Source: Paraphysomonas bandaiensis
Taxonomy: Eukaryota > Protista > Chrysophyceae
DNA: 64,000 nucleotides
Assembly (NCBI GenBank): GCA_965644295.1
Contig: CBFFRP010000231.1
Coordinates: 74,361-138,360, forward strand
Direction: 5' to 3'
Shown here piece after piece: positions 37,413 to 50,700 of the stretch. The notes beneath the pieces are model-generated. The model was not told where the DNA came from, made no database searches, and saw only the letters and a list, made by a program, of their open reading frames with translations. A program made the translations under genes and the position numbers. Each line of letters starts with the position of its first letter. The stretch's first letter is position 1.

Positions 37413-39041
37413 TTATACATTACTAAATAAGCAATTGCTTAACGCAATATGTCTTTCGTATGCCGATCGATACGCATTTTTGGTTACTTCATCAGATGAT
37501 GGCGAAGAAATACTACTTATGACGTCTATATTTTCAGTTAGGTGCACCGAAACACTGCCAACAGGTACTGAAGACGCTACAGCAGCAGCTTGAGCAGCTG
37601 CCCCAATAGCAGCAGCATGTCCCACTATTGTTGATGCAGGCGTATGTACTGGTAGCTGAAATACATCTGCAACTATTTGTTTCCACAGCGAGTTATTAGC
37701 CCCTCCTCCTACAACCACAATACATCCGGCGGAAACGCAATCCGGGTTCAGATGAAGCATACGTTGGTAGCCTCTCATCAAGGCACAAGTAACGCCCTCT
37801 AGTGATGCTCTATACACAAGTCCATGTCGCTCTAGATACCCGTGACGTATTCCTATGATTGCCCCTGATGCACTTGGCCAATCCGGAGTTCGTTCGCCTC
37901 CCGGTGAAAAGTACGGAAGTATTGTGAGACCTTCACAACCAGGAGGTTCGTACGTCGCAATAGAAGTCATTTTTTCTACAGATATTTCCTTAGACAGTGC
38001 TTCAAGAATATCCTGTGGTACCATTGCACAGTTCTGCACACACACTAACGGCAGCCAGCAGCCAGTGGCATCCGCAAACGGTGCAACAACTCCAGTTGGA
38101 TCCACCACTGGGTCATTTGTTTTCATCATAACAGTGCCACTAGTACCTAATGACAACAAGAGTGGTAAGGAAGGAGAAGTAGTAGTAGCTTGGAGAAGAG
38201 AAGACACCCCTAACATTGTCATAGCATTATCTCCGCTTCCTGGAGCGATCAGGATTTCGTCCCAACTCGCGACACCTTCAGATGACGGTCCGAAGATTTC
38301 CTCCGCTACTTTAGGATCTACTTTTCCCAATGCACAATGAGCATCACTCAAGTGAGTAGGAAATTTGAAATGAAGGTCGGGATGAATGAAATCTAGTACA
38401 TTTCGATCTAATTGTCTGGAAGATGTGTCGAATGCTCCTGTCCCACTCGCATCACCACACTCCATAGCCCACACTGAGCCGCCAGAGAGATAAAAGTTTA
38501 TGTAATCGTGAGGAAGCATTACCTTTGCCGTGCGATGATAATTGTCAGGCTCGTTCTCGAGTAGCCATAGCAATTTCGGTGACGTATATCCGGGAGGAAC
38601 ATGTCGACCTGTTGTGACAAAAGTTCAACATCGTTAACTGTACAAAACAGACATACCTCCAAAGGAGCTAATTCGCTTAGCCTGATCAGATGATCTTGTA
38701 TCACACCACAGCATACATGGTCGAATGATCTGTCCATCTGAATCAACTGTGACGAGACCATGCTGCTGTCCAGACACACCAACGGCTCGAATTCGCCCTA
38801 CTAACTCCAAATCATCACCCACTGCATTCTTCACTGATTCTTTCAGTGCATTTATCCATACACAAGGGTCTTGTTCAGCATATCCCTCTATTCCACCACT
38901 CTCAATCTTCATAGAGCTACTATGACCATATCGCACTACTGTAACTCCTGTTGAGTCATCTAGCTCACATATTGCACACTTTACACTCTGTGTACCAATA
39001 TCAAACCCTATGTATAATGGTGAGCGTTGAGTACTCATCAT
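37413..39041 (-). CDS. xylB: Xylulokinase (FGGY family, bacterial XylB-type), 2 exons
   Basis: IGFDIGTQSVK, AEQDP..W, GVSGQQHG, LWCDTRS, GYTSPKLLW, LPHDYI, GDASGTG, GDN, SLGTSG, GERTP, GGGA...LW.QIVADV; one GT-AG intron of about 48 nt. Confidence 0.88.
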
Positions 39042-39402
39042 AGTGCAAACAGCAGGCAATAATGAGTGCAATATCTGTAGATCAAGAGCTATATGTATAC
39101 TTAACAGATTATATGTGCATATATATGATGATGCACATGGACTGCATACTGCTGTCTCATACATTTACCATATAGAGTAGACATTGCAATATACTGAAAA
39201 CATGTGACTGTAGAAGATACGAATCTTATTAGGATATGGTTGTGTATGTACTGCTGTATATTCTGTATGCAGAGAGGATACATACATGCATACATGCATA
39301 CATGCATACATACATACATGCATGTACTCATGTACTCGTATCTATCTATATATAAGCAATCACAGTGATATCTTTAGCATTCCATACAATTCAATCACTT
39401 TA

Positions 39403-42400
39403 ATGTCTATTCTTTCATATCTTCTTATCTCTACATCTCTTTGGTTTACATCAGGTGTGACAGTAGTGTGTCCAGGCGCTAGTTCATCATCATGTAAATG
39501 CCAACAAACGGATGGCAATCTAACGTGTCCGACTGGATTTTACTGTCCCGGATACAGTCCCAGTCAAATACAAGATAATATAGAGGCTATTACAGCAGCA
39601 AATTGTACTGTCAGATCATCTGATGGAGAACTGCAGTGTCCATGCACGCCAGGTACACATATACGCATACGCACACACATATATATACACTCATGTATAT
39701 GCAGAGCATGTATATATAAATATCCTCAATCATATGTCCTCACATGCTCTATGAAAGGGTTTTACTGTCCAGAGAACACTCTCACTCCATCGTATTGCTG
39801 TAAAGGGGTAAGTTATTTTGTATTTATTTATTTTTAAAGTAATAGTGTTCATTATGAAGCACTTCTGTGAAACCCCATCAGTGATAGAGGAATGCAAAGA
39901 AGGATACTTCTGTAAAACTGGATATGTGGAGGGCCTGAAGTGCGACAGTAAAGCGAGTTGCCCGGCTGGGTCGGAGGACTCAAATAGGAGCGGTGCTCTT
40001 ATCGGTATATTAATCATAGCTATTATCCTCTACATTGCCTTCTTGGTCAAATACTACATTGAGTCGAAAGTGAAGGAGGCCAAAAATTTGATGCTTATAC
40101 ACGCCAAAGAGGGAGAAACAGAAAACAATAGTGAAGTGGCAGTTGTAGAGGAATTGTCTCCTGCAGCAGTTGATCGCATGAGCCTCGTGGAGGGTGCTCG
40201 TCCGCTTGTTCGACAACGATCGCGCCGCTCCAAGGAATCAGAAAGTTCACCGACGAAACATGAATCAGCTCACACTTCACCGAGTCAAATGTCCATGTCA
40301 TCCACCGAAGATGCAACAGAGGGGAGAGGAAGAAGTAGTGACCAGGATATGACATATCTAATAGAATTCAACGACGTGGGCCTCATACTTCCTTCTGGAG
40401 TTCAAATCATGAAGGGTGTGACTGGACAATTCAAGCCCAAGAGACTTTGTGCTATAATGGGGCCGTCTGGGGCAGGGTATGATTTTATTAATTGGTTTGT
40501 TTTGTCTTGGTAATAGGTTTATAATAGCAAGACAACCATAATTAATCTCGTTACCGGAAAGGCGGCCAAAACTGAGGGCATCATAAAGGTAAATGGAGAG
40601 GAAGTTGATGACTTGTCCAGGTCAGTTATGAGTTATTCTGTATTCATCTGCTTTCACCTGACGGGACAAATACGCATTAATGCAGATGGAAAAAGTTAGT
40701 TGGTTTTGTGCCTCAAGAAGATGTCATGATCAGACAGCTAACTGTAAGAGACAACATAGAGTTTTCTGCGTCTTACAGACTTCCAATCGAAATGAGCAAG
40801 AGTGAAAGAGATGCAGTAGTCAACGACACTCTTCTGTCCCTGGGTATTGATCACGTCCAGCACTCTGTAATTGGTATGGGTGCTTCATGTTCTAATATCT
40901 ACTTCACGTATTCCGTTTACTAGGTGACGAGCGAGAGAGAGGTATATCTGGTGGGCAAAGAAAAAGGTGCAACTCGTATTCTTGTAAATATGATTTTCTC
41001 ATATTATGCTAGGGTTAATATTGGTATCGAGCTTGTCGCACTTCCTCGTGTACTCTTCTTGGTAAGTTCGTATTTTACTCGTGTACTTCGATGTCAATAT
41101 CCATGAACTTACGTATAGACTGTATATTGTGGTTTTAGGACGAGCCCACCAGTGGTTTGGATTCTACTTCATCAGCTGTTCTTGCAAGACAACTGAAAGA
41201 TATTGCCAATAAATCTGGTGTTACAATAGCTTCTGTTATTCATCAGCCATCCATCCAGGCTTTTCTAGAATTTGACGACTTGCTGCTGCTAGGCAAAGGT
41301 GGACAGGTGGTCTACCATGGCCCTATTAACGAGGCATCGGCATATTTCGAGGCGATAGGATTTACCCCTCAAGGATTAATAAACCCCGCGGACTTCTACT
41401 TGGATATTGCTAACGGGGCGGTAGATAGAGAGGGTGATCCGGACTTCACACCACCTGATTTGTTCAGATTTTGGGACAACAAGGTATACACATATTATGA
41501 AATTACCTTTTTAAAGGTTGTGTGATGGTGCAGATACATGGCCGCCCTCTAGATCAAAAGGAAGATCTTCCTGTTTCCGATGGTGGAGAGGAAAAGAACT
41601 CTGGTGGCTTGAATGACGTACTATTAAAGGATGCCGAGGGAGGGGAGCAGGTGTGTGTACGTGTAATTTTCCTATATTCTTGAAGTAGACCTATAGCGCA
41701 CTCGGGCCCGCACGACCACTGTGGTAGGAGGGCGAGCAAGCAGTGTAGCAGCTCATTCTCCACAGCATGCGGAAAAAGTGCACGCAGAACTCAATCCATT
41801 TCGCAGTGCTGCTACATTTTGTATTTTCTTACAGTCTATTGTTCTATTTTTTTGGGGTATCATAGCCAGCTTTTTAGATGACATAAAAGGTGTGCTGATT
41901 CAAGCGTTCAAAGATATAACAAGAACAGATAGTATCAGAAATACACCTGGATTTCTGGGACAATTGTACGTCTGCATCATCCGGGCTTTTAAACAGAAGT
42001 ATCGCCGTTTTGGTGCTTTTTTGAGTCAGATGTTGATTCACTTGGGGGTTGCTCTGGTGGTATCGTCTGTTTCCACTGATCTTCAGTATGTGGGCCCTCT
42101 TCCAGATGTTGTGTGTGGCACTGTGACGAGAGATTTGCATGACTCCTGTACATCGCCATTGGTTGATAGTTATCAAGGAACGGCAAATTTTCTGGTGTTT
42201 GGAACTATATTTGCCGCAATATCCATCTCGACAGGAACGTTCAGTAACGAACAAGTAAACTACTGGCGTGAAACAGCAGCTGGGCTCAAGACAATCCCAT
42301 ATTTTATAGCTAAGTGGCTTGTCGAGGTTCCTAATATTGTTTTGGCTGCTGTTTTCTTTTGGCTGGCATTTCAAATTCGATTTCCAAATACAGGCACTTC

Positions 42401-42845
42401 CGGTGACTTGTACGAACTATTCTTCGCTATGTACTGGTGGGCTTGGTCACTCGGATTCTTTTTGTCCTCAATTGCTTCGCCGAAGAATGTGTTTTTAACT
42501 GGAGTATTATTTGCGTTACTATATGCTGTGGGGTTTTCTGGTGCTAATCCTACTATTAATGAGATTCGAGATCTGCCAGACAGCATTCGCTGGTTGTGGC
42601 GTATATCTGGAACCCGGTGGGCCTTAGAAGCCTTTTATGTATCTCAAGTCAAGTACTATGAAACTGTTCCCACTGGCCCCCTCGATGGTGAAGATTACAT
42701 GAATGTTGATGCTGGACTTGACCAAATTGGTTATAATATCGACAATTTTAATTATGATATTGCAGCTCTGATGTGGAATGGGTTCGGCTATGGAATCACT
42801 GCAATGGTTATAATGATGTTTACAAATCGAGATAAGAAAAAGTAA
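39403..42845 (+). CDS. ABCG half-transporter with N-terminal signal peptide and Cys-rich extracellular domain (ADP1 / plant ABCG24-28-like architecture)
   Basis: Hydrophobic N-terminus, GFYCP repeats, a TM segment, Walker A GPSGAGKTT, signature ISGGQRKR, Walker B LFLDEPTSGLD, IHQP and an ABC-2 TMD; all joined by GT-AG introns. Confidence 0.92.
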
Positions 42846-43390
42846 ATGATCATAACTGATTGCAATGCGTCATGAATGTATGAGTGTACTGTTGATGACT
42901 TCTATGTTCTGATGACGAAATGAATGAGTTGCATTAATTTAAAATGAAAATTCAAGTCGATGTTCGAGATATAGTTTTTTTGCCATCTCTGAATAAAATA
43001 ACAGTTCATTTAAATCACAGCAACAAAACTACTATAGTACAATAGTAAAGAATAAGCAATGTACAGCTATAGTTTTTACATTTTCAACATTCTTGCTGAA
43101 AGTGGAGATAGATATTTTCACTGATATGAGGCAACATTGTTTAGTGATCATTAACCGTCGACGGTTGACCTTGATATACTTTGAATGCCCAGGTAATTGA
43201 TTTATGTGCCAAACGTGATTTATATCAGTGTAAACACCTCCTAGTTTCAACGAGTATATTTCGAAATCAATGCAAATCATCAAATCATCTTGCGAAGCAA
43301 CATATACCTAGCAACTATCTCATGATTATTTACGCGCCCTTATATTGTAATATAAGCTATCGAAAATATATGTGTACTAACTAACACTTA

Positions 43391-46300
43391 TCAAAAACGA
43401 AAGGATTTTGACATCAAACTAACTTTTCCAAAGCTTCTCGTACTGTTGTTCAATGAGTGCGTGCCATCATCAATATCAGGAGAAATATTATTTCCTCCAT
43501 TTTCAACCCCACACTCTGCTTCATCTATGCCGAATTCTTCTGACGGGGCATACAAATTTCCATTACTTGAACTTCCTATGGTGATGTGATCATAAGCCAA
43601 ATCTGATGGCACCTGATGAGGTTCCAATTGGTCTACTAGAGGAAAATACTTTTGGACATCAGACTTCTTTATTCTATGTGACCGTAACTGAGCTTGTGTG
43701 AGGTCCTTGCGGGATAATATGCCAGTGACCTGATCATACAGAAGTGACAAAGCGTAGAATACATAGAAAATGTAGACACCTTGCAGTCAGAGTCAATAAC
43801 TATGAGATGCCGCAGTCCGAGAGTCCGAAACATTCTAAATACAAGTAATCATGTCATCAGGAAAAGTCATCATAGATGCATACCTGAAAGCCTTCTGCAC
43901 TGATGCTGACTCCAGTATAACATACGGGGAAGGGTCCATATATCGCCTGAAGTCCATCCAGAGAGACAGACTGCTTTCCTCCACTTGAAGTGAGTCTGTA
44001 CCGGAATTTTATTAGAAGTAACACACCATGGAATATTCTTTAATAATCAAAAAACGCGGTAGAACAAAAAAAACAAATAACATATAAAGCGCAATATCGA
44101 AAACACTGCTGTACCTATCGATATGACACTATTAACCGGGGGAGGTTGTAGAGGCTTAACTTGAACAGGGCACAAAGTCACAGCTTCCTTGTATATCTCA
44201 TCCGTGCTGTGTAATGGGACAGAGAAAATAGACGATTGCAACATACGACAGAGAGTAGACCGGTCAATAGATCCCTTCAACTGGCCAGTATCACCTGTTG
44301 GTGTTGCACCTGACGTTAATTGAACAACAAGCAATCTCTACTACTTACTAAGGATAGGAAAAAGGTTATGCGAGGTGGACTGCTAGGATGTGAGCGCAAT
44401 GATTGCAAAGAGTACTGTATATCACACACCTGAAGCGTCTCATACACATTTCCCACTCTCTCAAGGCTTCTAAGAAAAACAACTGGCTTGGCCATAAACT
44501 CTGTAGAATATTCAATAGAGTAGTTAACACAGAGGTCTTGATAGCAATCTCTAGTCACCAGTAACAGGAAAGAAATTTACAAGCCCCATATCAGTCATTG
44601 ACTCAGGCAGCCAAGGCAAATCACGTAGCACAACCAGACGGTTATAAAGGCCAGTTGTCAGCATATCGCCGATATACTTCGCCGCCAGCAGTGAGAGCAT
44701 TATTGGCAAGACATACTATTGACAACGTAGAACCACTTAAATAGAAGGTGCAAGACATATTGTCGCCTACTCACCTGTAAGTTTCCGGTTGCTTCCACCA
44801 TCATAACTGTAAGAGAAATAGTGTTGCGGCACACGCCCCCTATCATAGCAGCCGCTCCAACTAGGGCGTATGTACCTGAATCAGATATCTCTGTGTATAT
44901 GCACCATAAAACGAGCTCTGCTATATGGGTGACAATACTACCTTCAAAGTACTGCTGCAGTACGTGACCTATCAGTCGGCCCATCACAGCTCCAGATACT
45001 AGGCAACTCACGAATACTCCCTAACAAATATTAGTGTATCATAAAAAAACATATATACACAAACCGCTGCAGCCATAATTCCGCATGTGGCACACGCGAG
45101 AATATAGTAGGGTAAAAATACAACCAGCAGTGAGCCTATGCCACAACACATTAGCTAAATCGGAGTCAAGGAAATATTAAGTTCTATACCAGTGTCGAAT
45201 GTGTGCGAGGACATGTGTTCACGGAAATGAAACAGAAATCTACAAATTAACATGACGTTGGAGACAACAGCGCATGTATTTCGCATTACTTTATAGCAGT
45301 ATTCGAGTCCACGTAGAAGAGTGAAGCCACCTGATTATACTGATTTGCAGGACAGTCGAACTGCACCAGACGGCTGATGAGCGTCTGCATGCATTAAATT
45401 TAAAGAAAGTACGTCATCTAAAAGCAAGCAATAGGCAACTCACTTTCTCATCTGAGGTGTATCCACTCATGTCTGTCGGCATATCGGAGCAGACGTGCCA
45501 TATCAGCGGCACCTGTCAACCACAACCGTTGTCAACACATATATATACCTATATATAAGTGGCGGGATACCGTGAAAGTCATCCACGCAGTAAGGGAAGA
45601 TATGATGAGGATCTCAATGAATCGCTTGCGACTGTCATTAAGCATGTATCTCTGCACATTCGGCAATTTGTCACAGGTTTACATTCCAACATATATATAT
45701 CTACTTTTCGCCAATCCGCCAGAATACCATTGAAATGCACAAATAGCGCTCCTAGTACTCCTCCTGACACCATGATTATAAAAGAGATATAGTAGCAATT
45801 TATTCATTCAAACATACCGAGACACCCCATCAGGAAGAAGAGAGTCAGCTCTATAAGAAAATATGGGTACCTGTCTCCGACAAGCATAACCTGCAGCCAT
45901 AAAACACGTCATTACGAAAGAACATTAGTGTGGTTATTGGGAACCTCAGAAAACTTTCCAAAAGAGAAGTTAGACGTCATGTCCTCACCATCGATGCGGA
46001 GAGCTCGGTCCATGATTATAACTGCAGAAGATGTTGCGTCGTACGTGGTATGATCTGTGGTCACGAAAAACGTACCTGTTAAGAGAGTGATACAGGAGCA
46101 AAAGAACGCCCGCCAGGTCATCTTTGTAGACCAGAAGGACGCTCCTTCTTCAAGAATAAAAAGCACCCCACCTACAAAGCTGTGAGAGATATTCATGCAT
46201 ACATACGCTATCTCACCTATGGGGGCTCGAAAGGCAGCTGCAATACCTGCAGCAGCCCCATAGGTTACGAAATCTCTAGAGTCGGCGTCGTTTCTCAGAG

Positions 46301-47190
46301 AATTAAATGTTGTCCAATCCGTAGCGCCACCCAGTACAACGTCTGCATACCATTTCGAAATCGCTGCCCCGATGATAGCACCCACATGAACCATTGGGCC
46401 CTCCGGCCCAGCAAATAGCCCTGTATATACCACACATAATGAATCAATATAGCGGCCCAAGCCTCAGAATCACACACCGCTGGCAACTGTGAAGATAACG
46501 GATCCACACTTAGCAAACAGAGTCCGTAAGCGCACTACCTTTTCCATCTGGACTCCATTGAGGTAGCTGAATCTAGTGTCAACGATATACTTTTTATGGA
46601 ATACAACCAATGTACCTTTTGATCTCTGGGATTCCCGAGCCTAATGCCGCTGGCTCATAATAGACAAAAAGAAACGATACTGTAGAAAACACAAGGGCTA
46701 TAAGAAAATGCCAACAAAATGCAACTCCCCATCTGCCAGAATACATGTATCTGGTAATGATGTCGTTTTTTAAGTTAACAAGAGTAATTGTGGACATGTG
46801 AATGCCAACTCCAAAAAGAGCGCACAAAATTCCAGTCATTGTAATTAAAGACCATCGAAATACAGCTCGCTTCTTGTTGACTGAAAAGTAAACGCCTTTA
46901 TCGTAATTAGATTCTCGAATAGCGTGCTGTTAATACCATGATATTAACACACAGTCACCATACAGAGAGATACGTACCTTCTTCCACTCACTGCTCTCTA
47001 CTGTATCATAATCTAATGACTCCTCATGTCTTGACTCCCATTTCTTGAAACGAGTATCTATAAAACACGATAATTAGTGATATAATAATAAAATCCTATG
47101 CTATATATACATACATTTCGATCCATGTCGATACCGTAAAGGTGATTCATTAAACTCTTTTTGGAAGTAATCTCGCCATAATGATGGCAT
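43391..47190 (-). CDS. CLC chloride channel / Cl-/H+ exchanger (CLC-6/7-like) with CBS domains, many introns
   Basis: GSGIPE, GPEGPMVH (gating Glu), GAAAGIAAAFRAPIGGVLFILEE, YALVGAAA, TISLTVMMVEATG, GLY, GILSRKDL; ATG at 47190. Confidence 0.92.
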
Positions 47191-47782
47191 TTCCTTTTAT
47201 CTGATAGTGATATCAGTCTCCCTGTATCACTTTACCGCCTATAGTCTCATGTAATGAATATATAGTTAATATTTCATTGTTTACACTGATTTCTAAGTAA
47301 GGAAGTTTAAATTTTATCAATCCACTGAAAACTAATATGAAAAACATCAATTTTCATGAAGGAAAGGTTACCAAAACCCGTATTTTCTGAAGAATACTCC
47401 ATTGGGTGATAATTTCGGGATATTGATATAAATAGCACAACCAAATTTTCGTGTAAAAATGTCTGATATTTCCACATCTTACGATTCAGAAATTCTCAGT
47501 TTTAGTTTTCAGGATTTTTTTCTGGGATTTTAGTGCAAGAAATTTCAATGAAGTGAAGTGAGATGATTGAACCAGTAATATTATATAAAAAGTGCTACAA
47601 GAGCGTTAATTTGTGCAGAGTGTTTGAAGTGAACTCTTTTCATAGAATCTTCAGACACTTCATCTACTACCAACACACTGTCATATATATATGCGTATAT
47701 ACATATATATTCATAGAGATTCATATCAAATCAAGTACAGTCTACTATATATAATCTCCAGTGAATATAATCAGTAAACAAT

Positions 47783-50700
47783 ATGGAATTTCCACCATCT
47801 CCAGTGGAGAGTATCCGACAATGGGCAACAGATCGAATGCGTAAGCGTTGCTTTGAGTTTAACGAAGGGACAATGAAAGATAAGGCTCATCTAGGACTAA
47901 AAGGTTTAACATAATTAAACTACATATACACATATATCATGAACTTGTTATTGTCAGGGGCATGTTTATGTGAACTTTCAAAGTAAGATTTTCATACGAG
48001 ATACTGTGGTAACCTGTAGTCAGGCTTGGTCTTCCTGTTCCACCTGGATTTATTATATCCTCTGGTGAATACTTACTCCATCGATGATTTGATATATTAC
48101 AAATATATAGAAACTTGTTCAGACTTCTTTAAAGGGAATCAGTCCATGCCTGCTCATCTGATGGATTGCTGTCGAATGTCCATTAAGAGTATAGAGAGTG
48201 TTACCGGAAAGACTTTTGGTGTAACACCTGATTCAACTAAGGAATCGATGCCACTTCTGTTGTCTATTCGTGCTAGTGCTGCTGTGGATATGCCAAGGTG
48301 CATATATGCTTACAGTATAGTTACACTGATTACCATGTACCGTGTAGCATGATGGACTCAGTGCTGAATCTGGGGATCAATGAGGAAGTGGTTCGGAAGA
48401 TCATAACAGTTACTGGAAACCCACGGTTCGCTTTTGATGTACAGCGCCGATTTCTTCAGCAATATGGGACGGTTGTCTTGAAAGTACCAAAGAGCCATTA
48501 CAGTGATATTGTATATGAGGCAAAGGCACACGACGGAGTTGCTTTTGATTGCGACTTGTCGTACGAAGCACTGAAGAATATTGTGGATGAGTTCCTCAAA
48601 ATTACCGATGTGCCCCATGATCCGATGGAGCAATTTCGAAGAGCTGTCGAAGCGATATTTTGCTCCTGGTACTCTCCAAGGTATGGTTCCAGTCTGGATG
48701 TTCGTTCGTCATAGTATTGGTAGGGCTATGAAGTATCGTGATGTCAACAGCATTGGCGAAAATTTGGGTACTGCTATTGTAGTCCAGGTGAGATATTCTT
48801 GTTGTCATAGTAAGACGTAAGAAACTGTTTTTCAGAACATGGTATTTGGTAATATCAATGCCCAGTCGTGTACGGGGAGAGTTTTCAGTCGTGATCCTAA
48901 TACGGGTGCAAACTGCATCTACGGTACTTCTATATGGCGGTGTATATATGAGACATAAGCTGTAATTCCAGGAGAATTTGTGTGTCAGGCGGAAGGGGAT
49001 AACGTATCTGAAGGCTTAGATCAGCAACCCAAGATGATAGAGGTATGACCACATGTTAGCGTATGCTTAATGAGTCAAGAGAGTTTGTGCTTCTCTATAA
49101 CTGAGCAGGAAATGGAATCATATTTGCCAGAGGTTTATCGAGAAATCCTTCGCATTTCACAAGTGATTGAGCAATTTTTTGGAGACGCACAGGCGAGTCC
49201 ATAATGTTCACCATATATGCGCATTTTCTCTTCTTGAAAGGAGTAATCGCTGCTATGTATTGAGTGAACTCCTCCCGATTACTCAGTTCCTTTTACAGTA
49301 TACTCCGTCAAAGAATATGTGTAATGTTTGGACATAGGAAATTGAGTTTACGGTACAGAGCGGAGTACTCTTTATATTGGAGACAGTGAATGCCCGCCGC
49401 TCTCCAGAGGTATATCTACAATATACCGTCGACTATATATTGCAGCTCATGCACCGCAGGCTAATGTTAAAATTGCCGTAGATATGGTACAAAACTTGCA
49501 GCTAACGGTAATACGGTGTGATGTTCTGTACGTTATATAAATTTTATCCAGGAACGTGAGGCGCTGATGCGAGTGGACCCAAAGATGGTTATTTTAAAAC
49601 TACGCCATAGCCTATCTGACCCCCCTGCAAAATGCAGATGTCTTACTTCACCCATCCACAGATCGACCCCCAACTGAGTATGTGCTTTTTTTCTTCCAGC
49701 TTCTAAATAATAGCTTGTTGTAGTCACAAGCGAGGATTTGGTCCTGGGACATGGAATTCCTACTACGTCGGGTGCCGTTTCTGGCCTGGCTGTATTCAAT
49801 GAAGATGACGTAGTACGACTAAGCAGAGAGGGGAAATCGACTATTTTGGTAGACAAGTTGCGTACGTATCTCCATTAATTGCTAAAAATGGTATAGATTC
49901 GCAACGAGTCTTCTGCTGACGACATCCTAGCTATAAATGTGTCCAATGGTGTGCTCACAATGCACGGAGGTTCAGTGCTCTTGTCGAGTTGCTTGTGTAT
50001 AATTTCTACTCAGGGGTAACAAGCGTAGCCCACGAACTTGCAAGATCCATGGGGAAAACCGCAATTTCAGGTGAATTTTGGCAAACGAACATTTGCATCC
50101 GTTATGTGTATGTACATGTATGTACAGCTGCCTCCAACTGCGGTATGGAGCTGGATCTTGAAGGTGAGTGTGTATACGACAGTGAAGGAGAGGTATGTAT
50201 CCGAAAGGAACAGGTATGGACTTGTGTTACTGCCAAAACAATTTAAAAATAAGTCAGGAAATAACTCTTGATGGCTCCACTGGAAAAATTCTTAACGGAT
50301 GCAGTGCAACGGTGCCTATAGGTGAAGTAGAAGTCTGCATAATATTCAAATATAATACTTCAATAGGAGCCAAGTTGGCTTTTAAGTCCCTAACGAATTG
50401 GGCAGACCAGTACCGACGGTAAATAGCTACTCGTAGTTGGCATTGTTATAGTATACTTATCAGGATGTCTCTATATGCCACTGTCGACTCTGCTGCTGAG
50501 GCGTTCAAGGTGGCAAGTTGTACCTATACGATATTATAGTCAACAGTAGTATTAGGCAATTGAGCTACGTCCTGACGGAATTGGACTGTTTCAGTAAGAT
50601 GTACTAGCATTTATATCTACAAATGTGTTGATGGTTTCGTCAGAACGGAGACAATATTTCAGGATACAAAGTGTCATGATCTAGCAAATTTGTATTTTTT

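Noticed and set aside
39403-40000. Cys-rich extracellular domain on an ABCG transporter as a novel fusion
   Set aside because: A similar architecture is established for yeast ADP1 and plant ABCG24/28-type proteins.
43391-47190. Altered selectivity or uncoupling in the CLC protein
   Set aside because: The GSGIPE serine and the gating and proton glutamates are canonical.
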